64,000 nucleotides of DNA, from NCBI GenBank assembly GCA_012295275.1, contig CM022670.1, positions 37,014,001 through 37,078,000 on the forward strand, read 5' to 3'. The notes under the pieces are model-generated. The model was not told where the DNA came from, ran no database searches, and worked only from the letters and a program-made list of their open reading frames with translations. Below, piece after piece: positions 14,001 through 27,604 of this stretch. The stretch's first letter is position 1. The number at the start of each line of letters is the position of its first letter. Source of the stretch: Chrysomallon squamiferum. Its lineage: Eukaryota > Animalia > Mollusca. Both the position numbers and the translations under genes were made by a program.

Positions 14001-17000
14001 ATGTTAATTTGAATATTTATTGAAAACAATTTTCTCCAAAAATGAGATTTACATTTCTGAACTGTTGATCTGTTTACTTTGTTATCTACAAAATGTAATT
14101 AAAATCAACAGTTGTTGTTAGTTTGTTAGTAAAACAATTTAAACTTTGCCATTTATGGAATTACATTTTAAATTTAAGTAATCTTTTGAAAATAAAGAAA
14201 TGCAAGAATGCAGGACTGGTACTAAAGGAATGATTTATTGTGTTTTAAAATGTTTCTAAAATAATTATTTAATGACATTATTTCAGACTAAATATGTTTT
14301 CATAATTCTGTGGATTATATGGTATACTTGATGTTAGCAAACATATATTTGTTGTGGAATGTTTAATGATGGCAGTCAAAGAGCTTAGACAGCAACTAAA
14401 AAGAATTTGTCTTGTATCCATCATCCATTATTTATCAACTATTATAAAACTGGCCAAACAGGATAAAAAGATGGTATTTTCTTCATCTTTGATGTATGCT
14501 GTATAAAATCAGCTGTGACTGATTCATAAATCTAGTGAGAGCAGTGTGCTTCAGGTTCTTTATTTTTTATACATCAGTGGAAATACTTCCCTGTTGTAGA
14601 CTGGGTTTTAGAAAAGATCGTGAAAAACCTGGAAATGTGAAAGTTGTGTTAAAAGAATGTGATATGTTTTACGGTTAGTTATTATTTTTCTTGCAGGATG
14701 TCGTTACGGGTGTATCTGTCATCTGTGTAGCTCAGCAGAGGAGCAGGAGGAAATCGATGTTCAGCCACATTTCACAAGACTGTGTGACAAAGAGTATTGT
14801 CGCTTGGGTTGTATCTGTGACAGTCTAAACAGCCAGAAAATTTATACAGGCAAGAGTAGATACAATAGACAAGAGTGTAAGAATGTTTGTGTCGGCAGAC
14901 AGAGAGAAAATATTTCTACCCTACAGTTAACAGGTTGGAACATATAGCAGTGGTGTTTTGACATTTAATGAATCAGTTGGAAGTGGACTAGTTTTTATTT
15001 AACAATACATTAACATAGTTTGCCTCAACAGCCTGGTTTGATCTCATTTAAATCAAACATTCCCTTTTCCTGATTCACCTTATTTGCTTAATTGTTTTCT
15101 TTTTAACTTGTGAACAGCAAAAAAAAAAAAAAAAATTATTGTTATTTATACGATTAGTTAGTAGTTATATCTCAGGCTTCTAAGTTAGAAAAATGAGTAT
15201 ACTGAAAACTGTATTGGTCAGAATGCACACTGAAATCCTAATAAAAAAATGATGCAAGCTTACATTTTCAGTAAACATCTTCCAGTCACTGGTTGTTGAT
15301 GAGTTATTTAGCTATCTATATTCATGCTTGCTGTATTTTTATCGCACGGTTAATGTTACTACATGTAATGTCACTATCTGCCAGTATTTAGTTTAAAGAT
15401 ATGAGTAAGTCTACCTCATGTCCTGATGTTAAACGTTACACGATTTAGTTGACGTAGGTGAAGATCACTCATCCATGACAAAGTTGACAATTAGGTTGGT
15501 AGAAAAATCAGCTTAAGATGAAAAAAATACAACCTATTTTATTGTTGTTTACTGTTATCTGAATTCAGTCTCACTACTTTGTTACTGTCTTATAATCAAG
15601 GATGATGATTTTGTGATTTATTTAATAGTGATTGTTATTAATGGTTATTAAATAAATTAAAATTATGTATTTTAACTAATTCTCCAGATAAACATAAATC
15701 AGAAGTTTAATTTTTTTTAATTTTTAAAAAAATGTATTTGTTTATTTTTTAAATTTTATTTTGTTATGTTATGTTATGTTATGTTATGTTATGTTATGTT
15801 ATGTTATGTTATGTTATGTTATGTTATTTTATTTTATTTTATTTTTCTGTTTTAGAATTTTAACTATACTTTTCTCTCCAAATACATTTGATATAAAAAA
15901 TGCATTTTTTTTAATTCATCTTTTTTTTAAGTCCTCAGAAATTTATCTTCTTATCTTCATTTTCAAAAATTTCAGATGAAGCTACTGTTTTATCAGATGA
16001 TGGAGATGAAGACAGCTTTGAAGATTTACCACCAAACATCGACAAACTGGAATCATCTTACAAGAAAAATTCTCAGAGGACGCCTGAAAAGAAAAAGATC
16101 ACTAAAAAGAAGAGGACAGACGTTGACCCCGAGTATAAACCTGAATGTGAAAGTGTGGAGAAATTATCACCCCCCATCGAGGACATTAAGAAAAAAACTC
16201 GTCAGCCTAGGGGAGATCGGTTTGGAAATTTACCTCGTAGGGAACAGATGCATCGCACATCGAAGAACCTTGATGCCGTAACAAGGAAAGCCATGATGCT
16301 GTATGAAATGAGTGAGATTTACTGGGAGGCTGGTGAGAGAAAACGAAGGGTATGCTTTGATAGATTTACTTCAGTTTTGGATTGTTGTATATGTTGTTTA
16401 AAATGACTTGAGAATCAGTTCTACTGAATATCAGTTTTGCATGTTACGGCAGAAACAACATTCACTATGTTAGTCTAAGTTATTTAAGATAGAATATAAC
16501 TTACTCATTTAATTCTATATTGATGAAAATACAAGATTATTCTGTCCTTACTCTACGTTTGGCAGTTAAATGGGTTTGTATCTTACAGGCTGGTGTGAAG
16601 TACAGTAAGTCATGGCATCATTCTTCCTCAATGTACAGTTATTATTTCTGTTTAGATTTATTCATGACAGTTTATGAAAATCTGTGGTATATTTTTATTT
16701 ATCTAAAGAAAGGTGAATGTTAAAAAAATATACATTTGTTTATAATCAAAGAGATTATGCTTAAACATTTTTGCACAAAATTTCACGTCTAGGTATCTGA
16801 TTATATTCTATAATTTTAACAAATTAGGGTGTCATTAAATAAATATTCTGATTATTATTATTATTGAATTTTTTTTTTTATCAATTTAAGGCAAAAGAAG
16901 ATTATGAAACACACGAATCTAAAACATCATTAAAGTCAGCAGAACCAGTGACATCAGGACACAATGTAGTAAGTGATACAACACATCACGAAGTGGGCCA

Positions 17001-20000
17001 GGTATCTTCCAGTAACAGAAAGTCTGTTGATGAGCAACATTTACCTGACTCAACAGCTTTATCAAATTCTAAAAGCAAAACTAAATCACCTGTTAACCAA
17101 ACTAAGTCGTCAAAACCATCGAGAAGAAAGGTCAGCATAAACTAATCCATCACAGTAACAAAATCCAATATTTTCATTTTTTTCTTCTTTTTTTTTTACA
17201 TATATTTTTTTAAATTATTTTATTTTATCTTTATCATCATCTGGTTGGTTATGTCTTGTAAATTGGTGCCATCTTTCTTTCATTTTTATTTTTTGGTTTT
17301 GTTTGCTTCACCCTTTTTGAATCCATCATGTTTTGTGTTCTGTTTTTCGTTTTCTGACCTTTGATGGAGTAACTGCCCCTGTAAAAATATAGTTTCCAAT
17401 TTTGGATGAAAGAATGTTGTTCACTGTTATTTTAGAATATTGATATTCATTGTTTACTGGAAGTGTAACCACATATAATAAATATTAACAAACTGTTAGA
17501 GATACTGGAGATTCATATTTCCGTTCATTCTATCATGAAACTGAACTTACTTAAATCAAACACTCCAAAACGTTAATTCACTTTTAATGATTATCAGACC
17601 ATTAAAATAATTAACTTTATATTTTCACATGTACTATAATTATTTTTTTTTTTTTTAAACTTCACAGAAATAGTTAATGGATTTTTTTGTTATGATTATT
17701 AAATGATGTAAATGCAGAGTACATGTGTATTACAAATTTTATCTGTTAGAAAAAAAAATCTTAGTGTGTCATTTTAATAGCGGTATCATCTGTAACACTG
17801 AAGATCCTTTGATAAATTTCTTTTTTTACATAATTTCTTCAGTCGCAGAACATCAAGTGTGTAACTGATGATCTAAAAGAAATAGCTGCTGATCTCAAAG
17901 AGTTACCCTCCAGTACAACAAAGACATCTGAAGAAGATATTAGACCTGCCTTGGCAAGTCCACAGATCAAAACTGAATTAATTTCTGGTCAAAACAAAAT
18001 ATCTGAGGTAGCTTTTAATATTATATTATTTGTCTCATTCTCTCTGTGTTGGTGTGGTGTTTGTGTGGATGTGTTTGCATGCTTGAATAAACATTTAACA
18101 ATATATACACCCATTACATATGTGTATAATAATCAGTTTACATTTTAAAATCTACATGAAACATTTCTTTGCAGCATACATTCTGTTACATAAATATGAT
18201 GTGTATTTTAATGTAACATTATTATACTCTGGTGTGTTTTTTGGTTTTGGGGTTAAACTGCATAAAAAAATATTAATGTATTCATCATAATAGGTATTAT
18301 ATTAGATTTTTTCAAAAGTGTGGTTTAACAATAAATGAAACACTTGCAACTGCCTGCTACATTCAGCACTGCAACTAATTATATTGCTTTTGGCTGCCTT
18401 TGTTTTTTGATAATACAGAGCTGGTTAAAGTTGATTACAAAGGGTTTTGCTGTTCATGTGATTGTAAAGTAAATAGAAAATAAATGCTGACAAATGCTTG
18501 TTTTTCAGTCATCTGTCGAACCCATACTTATTAGTGACGATGAAACATCAGTATCAGTAACACCCAGTAATGATTCAAGTACAAACAGGTTTGTTACCTA
18601 AACTAATCAGAGTGTCATGTTTTCTTAACTTTTGACATGTATCATTCTTTTTAAAATATGCTCTATCTTTTTTGTAAATTATAATTTTTGTAAATATATG
18701 AAAATGTTTTATTGGGGTTTTTTAATGTAAAGATAAAACCATGCTTTTTTGTGATAAATTTCATTTGAACGCTAAAATTTATTAAAAAAATTATGTGTAC
18801 TAAATGCTACTTTGAACTGTTTGTTAAATGATTTTTAAATGAACATTTCCTATTTTGTTCTTGTTTATATTCATTATTATTATTATATTTATTATTATAT
18901 TATTTTAAATAGATAGATCCTTTTTGTTTTTACATAATTCATTTTAATCTCTTATGCAGTCAGCCAAAAGATGATGACAAGATTGACATTACTCCTCATA
19001 TCTGGAAGAGTAGTGTGATAAAAAAGATGCAGAAGCTTACTGAAGATCTAAAACAGAAGAGAAATGAATTGAAAATGAAAAATCTCATGTATAAACGTCG
19101 ACATCTGCAGAAACAAATGTATTCTAATCCAGCCATCAGGTCATGTATGAGAGATCCATTACTTGAGAGGAAAGTTTTGCAGTGGCATACACAGATGGTT
19201 TGTTTAAAAGCTAATCCAAAACCAAAACCAGAGGTTATAGATGATGACATTCAAGAAGAAGATGAAATAAAATTACTGGAGTTTATTGCTAACTGCAACT
19301 GGGATAATGCCAAATCTCAGGTTCTAAGCAGGGTGGCTCAGTGTCTAAACAGAGGAGTGTATCCAAATCCTAAGAAGATGATTGTCAGTGATTACTGTGT
19401 AGAAATTCTACCAAAGGCAGACAAGCCGGCTAACATCCCACAAGAACTAAGAGAGAAACTGCCAAAAACCATGTTTTCAATTCGTGTAAAAGTAACCAGA
19501 AAATCAGATCCTACTGATCTATTACACATGAGAGCGTTTTTAGAAAAGAACTCACTGATGAAGCAACAATTACAGAAATCTAAATGTGCCAATCCAAAAA
19601 TAGCCTGTGATTCAGCTTCAAATAGAATTTTTAATAAGGTGAACCAGAGGCCCATAGATCCTTCAGCTTCCATTAAAATTTTATCTTGTGCTTCAACTGT
19701 TTCAGAAACTGCAAGCACGCAAAGTAGAATATTGTTACCAAGTACTCCAGTAACTAATTCACAAATGACCACTGGAAAAAACTACCTGTCATCATCAAAA
19801 ACTGAAAATAATTTTGGGATTTCAGGACTAAGTAAACTCCAAATTACTCATTATTCTACTGCAGATACTTCTCCTGATGAATCACAGATGAAGAATGACA
19901 CAGCCATCAACCAGAAAGGCTTGTCAACAAGAAAAAAGAAAAAAAAAGAACCAACTGATGTGGATTGTCAGATTGTCATTGAAAATGCAGAGACTGGTGC

Positions 20001-22064
20001 TATGAAACCTCTCTTACCCTGTTACAGTGACACTTTATGTGGGAAAAATCCTAGCAGGACTCAAGTGTCTAATAAGAAGAAACGGAAACATAAATCAACT
20101 GATGAGATTTCTGAATTCCAAAAAGTCAGTGCACATGATTCTGTGGTTGTGGGTAATGAAGGAAATAAAATAAAAATCTCTAAAAACACTTCTGATAATG
20201 TAGTAAAAGATAAGCACTGTGACACTGACAAATCATTCCTGTCATACTCCATAGAAAATGGTTCACTTGTTGAAAAGAAGTGTCTGACACCTGCTTCGTC
20301 CAGTGACACCACCATCACTGCCTCAAGTATATCTACAAAACAACCTCAAAATGTTCAGGCGTGTACAAAACCTCTTCTGCTTCCAGCACCATTAAAAGGG
20401 GGCCACTTACTTGGTCCATTTACAAAGTTTACTGATCTCAAATTCGTAACTATTCCAGGTGGGCAGGATTCATCAAAAACTTTCTACCAGCTGGTTTCTA
20501 CAAATGGTGGCAGTGCCATTGTTCCTTCATCGAATTCTCAGACTAATGAGTATATTGCCATTCCAGTTACATTCAAAGATGATAAAAACACTGTGTTATC
20601 ACTTGATGGTGTCAAAAGTAAGACCTCAGAGACATCTGAAATAAAGGATAAAACAAATCAGAAAAATCCTGCAGAATCAAATCATAATAATTCATCAAAC
20701 AAAGAAGAGACTTCTCAGAAAAACAGCATGCCATCAAAGAAATCAAAACTGAAGAAAAAGAAATGCCAAGAAATTGTAATTGAAAGCACTAATCAGATTG
20801 TCATTTTGAATACTTGCCCTCTTGAAGATAAAAAAGACAAAAAGGAAAAAGTGAAAAGGAAAAGACCTATGATAACAAAAGAGATGATAGATGGTTATGT
20901 AGACACCATTGCTCAGGTAGCAGCTGTGGGTAGTTCAGAAATCTGTCCAACTATTTCAGATAAATCTGTTGAGGAACCTGGCCAGAGTGCTTTGGCAGTT
21001 CTGCTCCTAACAGACAACAAACTGCAGAGCACTGCCAAAACTGAAGATCATGAAACATCAAAGCTGTCAGTTGCAGCTGATAATAATATTTCTACTGTTA
21101 AGCCTAACATTTCCATTGTTCAGGAAAATACTGCAAATGAACAGAAAACTGATCGTAATGCATGCAGCATAGACAACAGAGAAAATTTGGATTGTAAGAA
21201 AATGCAAGATCTTAATAATGAGCCTGTACAACTGGTAAATGATGATAATGAAAAAATGGATGTATCATCTACTGTTTCCTTGCCTTTAAGTGATGCCTGC
21301 AAAGAACAGAATAAAGAAACAATTATTTCAGAAAACACAACTACCTCTGATACAGTTCAACCAGGTGTAGAAAATGTAGATATCAAAGACAGTCCTCACT
21401 TGCTCACAACTGATGTACAGGAATTGGAGGCAAGTGTAAAAAGACTTTCAGAAACTGATGCTGAAGGTTGCAGTGTTACAAAGAAAGCTAAAACACACAT
21501 TAATTCTTCTTCACATAAACTCTATGATTTGATAGTGAATAAAGTAGCTGGATTTCCGTTTCCTGAAGATAGTGAGAGTGAGAATTCTATGTCAGTGACG
21601 AATGAATCATTGGATGACTGCTGTGAAAGAATATCTATGCAGATGAACTGTGAAGACAGTTTTGAAAGTAAAGAGGTACGGTTATTGTTATTATTTAAAA
21701 CAAATGTCATTGATTAGCTCAATATATTTTTTAACGTTTGATAATTTTGTGTTAAACGTTTTTGAAAAGTTTAAATATTTGAGTCTGAAAGTGCAGAACA
21801 TTCATATTTGTGTGCATGTAGACACTTTAATGTGATGATTTCTTTTTGCATGAATTACAGACAACTTAATGTAAGATTTGTGTCCTTAATTCACTAGTCT
21901 TCTTTTTTTTCTGTTGTTTTTATTTTCATTTTTATTTTTCAAAAATTCAGTGGACTCAAATTTACACGAAATTCACTTTCCCAAAAGTTTGATATAGGAT
22001 AGATGGTTATTAACTTGTTAGAAAAGGAAAGAGATTATTATTTACTTTATGTAGCTGCTAAATG

Positions 22065-22101
<37 letters not shown>

Positions 22102-23016
22102 TATATATTTTCTATTCTAAATTATAATGAATTCCCTGTAAACACTGTGATTTTATTGAAATTGCAGGCAGTGTCATCTGCAGGTAATTCTTCTGCCCAT
22201 CTATTGGTTCAGCATGAACTTACAGGCTGCAGCACTTCACTGCAAGGCAAATGCCTGCGAAGCCAGGCCCAAACACAACGTAATTCATTATATCCATACT
22301 CAGATTTCTTTTTCTCTGTCCTAATAATTAGTGAATTGCAGTTGAGTTTGAGCCTAGAATTAGTTTTATTAGTGACTTAAAACATTTTTATTAATAATTT
22401 GCACAGCTTGCACAGCTTGCACAGCTTGCACAGTTTGCAAATGTGTGAAAAACTGAAATGATTCATTTTCTGCTGAAATGTTTTTATATTTCTTGCTTGG
22501 TTTCAGTAAACATAAAACCATTCTTCAGTGTAAGAAAATTTTACTAAAGCAAAAATGGATATAAAAGGAAGATAGCAAAAGTTTTCTATAAATAATCTTG
22601 TCATTGGAATTTTATCTTTTATATATCTTAACACTCTTTCAGGAAAATTTCAAGACTCAGATCTGCCTGGGTGCCAGCTTAGCAAACAGTTGACAGAAAG
22701 ACCACGCTACCAGAGACTTTTAGATGATCCTACCAGTCAGAGACTGTTGAAAGCAAAGTGTTCCCCAGAGTTAGCCAAGATGCTGTTGAGTGACATTAAT
22801 CAGAATTTTGACAGGCAACAGAAAGTTTTAGCTCAGAGGCGTCCTATGGACAGTTCAGAAGAGATCCAGAAAGTGTCTCGTTGTGCAAATGCTGTAAACT
22901 GTCTTTCCAAAGTGCCTGTTAGAACTGAAGTGATTACCAATAACAGCTCAGTACAAAAGATAGCTGATGTTGACAAAGATTCTCTAGAGAATCAAAACTG
23001 TGTGGTTTTGAATTGA
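8091..23016 (+). CDS. MGA: MGA-like (MAX gene-associated) protein, about 2,680 aa, spliced
   Basis: Phase-consistent exons: 8091-8685, 9192-12422, [13155-13181], 14697-14933, 15976-16349, 16891-17130, 17843-18007, 18509-18588, 18960-21675, 22168-22183 (or -22279), 22643-23016; total 8055 nt. Recognised MGA blocks: DEIEGVLFLSFANEEAL (cf. vertebrate DGVLFVSFESKEAL), CDKEYCRLGCICDSL (MGA_dom/DUF4801) and KLLEFIANCNWDNAKSQVLSRVAQ...FSIRVKVT (cf. LIEIISDC.WEEDRNKILSILSQ...YSSRVKIS). Likely polyA signal AATAAA at 24154. Confidence 0.8.
15762..15827. repeat. (TGTTA)n pentanucleotide microsatellite, intronic
   Basis: Directly visible. Confidence 0.95.
22401..22438. repeat. (GCACAGCTT)x4 tandem repeat, intronic
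   Basis: Directly visible; last copy has one mismatch. Confidence 0.9.
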
Positions 23017-24860
23017 AATTCTGCATCATCAGTGAAAACAGTTTCAAACTACTGTTTTGCTGCTGGTCAGCAAACAAAACCTATGCAAATTTCAGGATCA
23101 AACACATTTCTTATTGTCAAAACTAATAATGCTTTTGTGATCCTGAAGATAGATTGTAAGTCTTACCAGAATGACAAACATTGCATAATTAAACGTATTC
23201 GCATAAGAGCAAAAGTTTGTCCTGAAGTAATTGGATTAGACAAAGAAGATGTTCTTTTGTTGTTGGTTTTTTTTTTTATTATTATTTTCAGCTTTGATTT
23301 TCTTATCACCAATGTGACAGTGACATTCAGACTGCTACTAGCTCAACAGTCAAACATATCTCTGAAGAGCAACAAGTAATGGCAGGAAACCCTATTTTAA
23401 GAATTTGCCTTATGTTAAATTAATTATTCCATAAAAGGTAGAAGACCTGGATTAGGTGGAATTGTTATTATTTTTATTGTTTTCCATTATTATTTTTATT
23501 TTCATTTTGATAATTTTAATCAGTAAATTAAGAACCAAAACGGTTCAGTGATTTCACTGTAAATGGACAGTTTATTATCTTCCATTATGTTTTTATGTTG
23601 TTGTTGTTTTTTTTTCTTTTTTTTTTTTAATGTCTTAATGAATATGTGATGTATTGTTTTAAATGTTTTGTTGGGGTTTTTTTTTTTTTTTTTGTTCCTT
23701 TGGTTGTTTTTTTTTTTAAATTGTTTTTTGGTTATTATTATTATTTTTTTTTTTAAAACATGATTGTCTATGTTTATACCAAGCAGGTGGATTTTTGAAA
23801 ATACAGACTGGACATTAATTTGGATTCTGCTTTATATCTCAGGGAAGTGTCTGCCTCTAACTGCCAGACTGAATTTCATGTGTTTATTTTCTACTGATAA
23901 CAAAGTTCTTCTTTCTGTGATAGTTACGCCAACGAAACGTTTGAAACTTTTGAAGTGTGTCATAAGAAAATTCCGGCTACTAATTGTGAAATAATTTCTA
24001 CTATACAGAGACTACCATTCCCATTCTGTGTTTATAATGATACATTTGCGTCACCCCAATCACCTTTGTGAAAACATTATTATCATTATGTTCCTTATTT
24101 TGGAAGAAAGGCATTCTTCACCATTATGACATGTAATGATGTACATAAAGCAAAATAAACATTTTGGATTTTGTAGAAATCTTAATTTATTACTTAACGC
24201 TTTTTGTTTGAAAACGATATATTAAACGAAAAACAAAAATTATAAAAATGTTTTTTTTTTTTTTTTATTATACTAGATCATTAGATGCTATTTTAATTTT
24301 AATTTTAAAATGGCATTTTTATTTTAATTTTAACAAACCCTACAAAATATGCATGCCTAACGTGGGATAATGCAATGAATAAAGGTACGTTTGCACAGTG
24401 CGATTAAACATGTGCTAACAATTTACGATTTATATCTTCTTAGTCTGCGGTTTATTCCTATGCGACATGTTGCAGCATTTTGTATTGTGAGAACGCCCCT
24501 TAAACGGGTCCAATTTCAGCAGACGTGAAATAATCGATGAAATATTATTTTTTGCATTTCCAACGCAAAACCCGGGAAAATTGTCAGCATATTGACATTC
24601 AGAATATTCAGTATAGAAAATTATCAGAAAAATGAAAAACATTACTATTTATGATTTATTAAATATTTGTTGAACATTGAGATCGTTGAATACCACTGTT
24701 ATAGGAAATAACATGCATTCAAGTATAATAAATTAACCAGAAGTTCTTAACAAAAATAGCGATTTAAATACATTATTCAACTGTTTCCTTACAAACCACA
24801 GAAATATTATCTCTTAGAGATTACCGTAAAGTAACTTTTGTGAACAGAGCAACAAAGAAG

Positions 24861-24886
24861 TGACGTCATGTCGTTGTTTACTTCCG
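24861..24886 (+). promoter_or_regulatory. CRE (TGACGTCA) plus ETS-like (CTTCCG) pair, candidate distal promoter of the DCLK gene
   Basis: Perfect CRE at 24861-24868 and CTTCCG at 24881-24886, about 700 nt after the MGA-like polyA signal. Assignment to DCLK is inference. Confidence 0.35.
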
Positions 24887-27170
24887 ATCAACTGCTATTC
24901 GAGGTTCAGAGATGTTTGTATAAATCAGAGATGTAATGAGTACTAATGATGGATAAACATATATAGAGTGTTGAGTCTGTTAGCTCACATCACTTCTAGC
25001 ATGTGTTAGAAACATGAATAAGTACTCGTATGTTGGATTGTGTTGCTTTCCAACGTTAATTTGATCATTTTGTGATAATAAGATACAAATTAATGTTGGG
25101 TTGCGTTAACCAGAATTAGCATAAACGATTTCACTAGTATAACAATGAACATTAATATTGGAAACAAACTACCTTAGAAATACTCAAAATGTATTTGTCA
25201 TTTGTAATTAAGATATATTTAAATTTAAGATAGACAAGGATACTTATTTGGATTTTAAAACAAAATTTAGGCTGTTTTCTTTCTTGTATTTAGTTTCTGA
25301 GTATTATTTATTTAAAAAAGAGTCTTTAGCTGAAATTATACAAATTTAAGATATAATCCACCGAAAGACAATTTTTACATTAACCACTTTCACAGGGACA
25401 TTATGATTCTGCTTTACAAATTAATCAAAAGAAAATTTTAAAAATGGCATTTTCACTAAACTCGTTCTTTTATAGAACCTTTGATTATTATGCATGTAGA
25501 TTAACAGTTTTCTTTTTGCAATATATTTCTTATTCTGATGACACAGTTAATATGATATCGCGAACAATACGAATGAACGGTTTTACCTTAAGATCTAATT
25601 TATAGCTTTTTACAGTTACGATCAGTATAGTCGAATTTCCTGTTCAGTGTCAGAATAATAATAATACAAGAACACTCATTACCACTGCAGTAGTCTTTTA
25701 TTTAGTACATATATCGCTTTACAATCTAAATAAACATACAACCTGTTAAAATTCTTTCGTTGTCAGAAAGAGATGAATTACGATTTCATGCTTGATAATT
25801 TGTATTTGGTTTTTAGGTTGGATTACCTTTCAAAGCCTTGAATGACCGAGTACAGTGCTTATAACGGTCTGCTGGTTTTTTGTTTTTCCCGGTAAACAGT
25901 GTCTGAAGAGAATCTGTTGGTATTAGCATGTTAAAAGTTTATCTACCTATTTAATTATCTGTGATTTCTCACCGAGAAATCTTTGATTACCAAACTAAAT
26001 AATTATACTAGTAACAAGGATTTAGTTTAATACACATTATAATTTATTAGCCTCTTTTGGATCACGGTGTTTTTGACAGGATCGAATTTAAATTAATGAA
26101 ACTATAAGGCTGTTTTTACTTTTTACTTCAAAGCTTCGTAATCATTTGCTTTTCTGTGAACGAAAGCTCACACAACAGCATTTAATATATCAGGCTAATT
26201 ATTTTTTTTATTTGAATAGATATGTATGTATCTGAAAATATATAAATCAGTAAGCTGTATATATGTTCTTTTCTAATGCGTGAAAAATCGGACCAGATCG
26301 CTTTGTGCCTTTTCCAATAATGAAAATGAATACGATTATAGGCGGGTTTTTTTTATTCAAGGAGACCCTGTCAATGGTTGTTAATAGACTTTACACTCGC
26401 CTGATCACGTTAAGGGCTGTGACTTATTTAACCACTGTATTCAGCTCCTGCTCACAACCTGCAGTGTTTGCTGATTTGGGAAGAGAATCATAATTTATGA
26501 AAATTAACAATCGATTTTTGTTTCAAAGCTGATGAGTCAGTCATTCTGCAGTTTCATTTCTTGCAAAAATACAGCACTTTTAATAGTACACGTGGAGACA
26601 TTTATCTAGGTGAGTACTCTATGACATTTTTAAATTTATAAAAACACTATTTGCCTGATTTTTTTTTCTTCTTCTTCTTCTGAGTTAGCCTGCTTTGGTG
26701 AGAGAAAATTCGGAAAGATGTATGTCGATAATCGGTTTACTCGCTCAGTTCTTAGGCTGTTACGTAACTCGGTCGCCTTTGTGGCTATTACGACGTACGC
26801 CGTGCTCCAGTGTTCGATGTGCTAGGACGCGATCTGGCTGTTACTACACAAGTAACCGCACCTATCGCTGATATAGAACTGATTGGCAATATCTCCGAAT
26901 GGTTGGTCTTGCAGACCGTTACAGCCATTCGACAACGCTCAGTTATTCATGTAGGTGATTCATTTGTTTTGCAACCGGTAATCAGGAAACCACTGTATTT
27001 TTTAAATGAGGCATTGTTCGTCATTGTCGTTGCGCCAGAAAGGACTGTCATTCTTCAGATATTTAAAACCTATTCTAGAGTGGATTTTACATTTCTAAGC
27101 CGGGAAGGACGTTTTACTGAAGGGTAATATTTTCTTAAGTTTTTAATAATTATAATATTAAATATTTATA

Positions 27171-27173
<3 letters not shown>

Positions 27174-27256
<83 letters not shown>
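27174..27256. repeat. (CT)n microsatellite
   Basis: Directly visible; similar tracts at 6923-6976, 33842-33927 and 39825-39909. Confidence 0.95.
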
Positions 27257-27260
<4 letters not shown>

Positions 27261-27573
27261 TGTGTGTTTGTGTCTTACCCCTCATTTTGTCTTTCTCTCT
27301 CTCAGTTATTTTTTGCCGTTTCTCTAAATACTGAGTTTACATTGCTAAGTACATAACTAGTAATGTTTATGGGACTGCTACTATTAAATTTACTTTAATA
27401 ATGAAAGATGCTAGCTATTTGTTTTAGCAAAACATGTATTCGGAATGATGTTTATTCCGTAATTATTAATCCTTACTGGATAAATAGGTAAAAATTATCT
27501 AAACAAGCAATGAAAGTAATTCTTTTTGGGGGAGGGGGGTAGAGAATCATATTTTCGACAACAAATGAAAAAA

Positions 27574-27604
<31 letters not shown>

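Noticed and set aside
8095-21710. Multiple antisense ORFs within the large MGA-like exons
   Set aside because: Shadows of long coding exons.
26810-27127. 105-aa ORF upstream of DCLK
   Set aside because: GTG start, no recognisable homology; better explained as promoter/5' UTR exon sequence.
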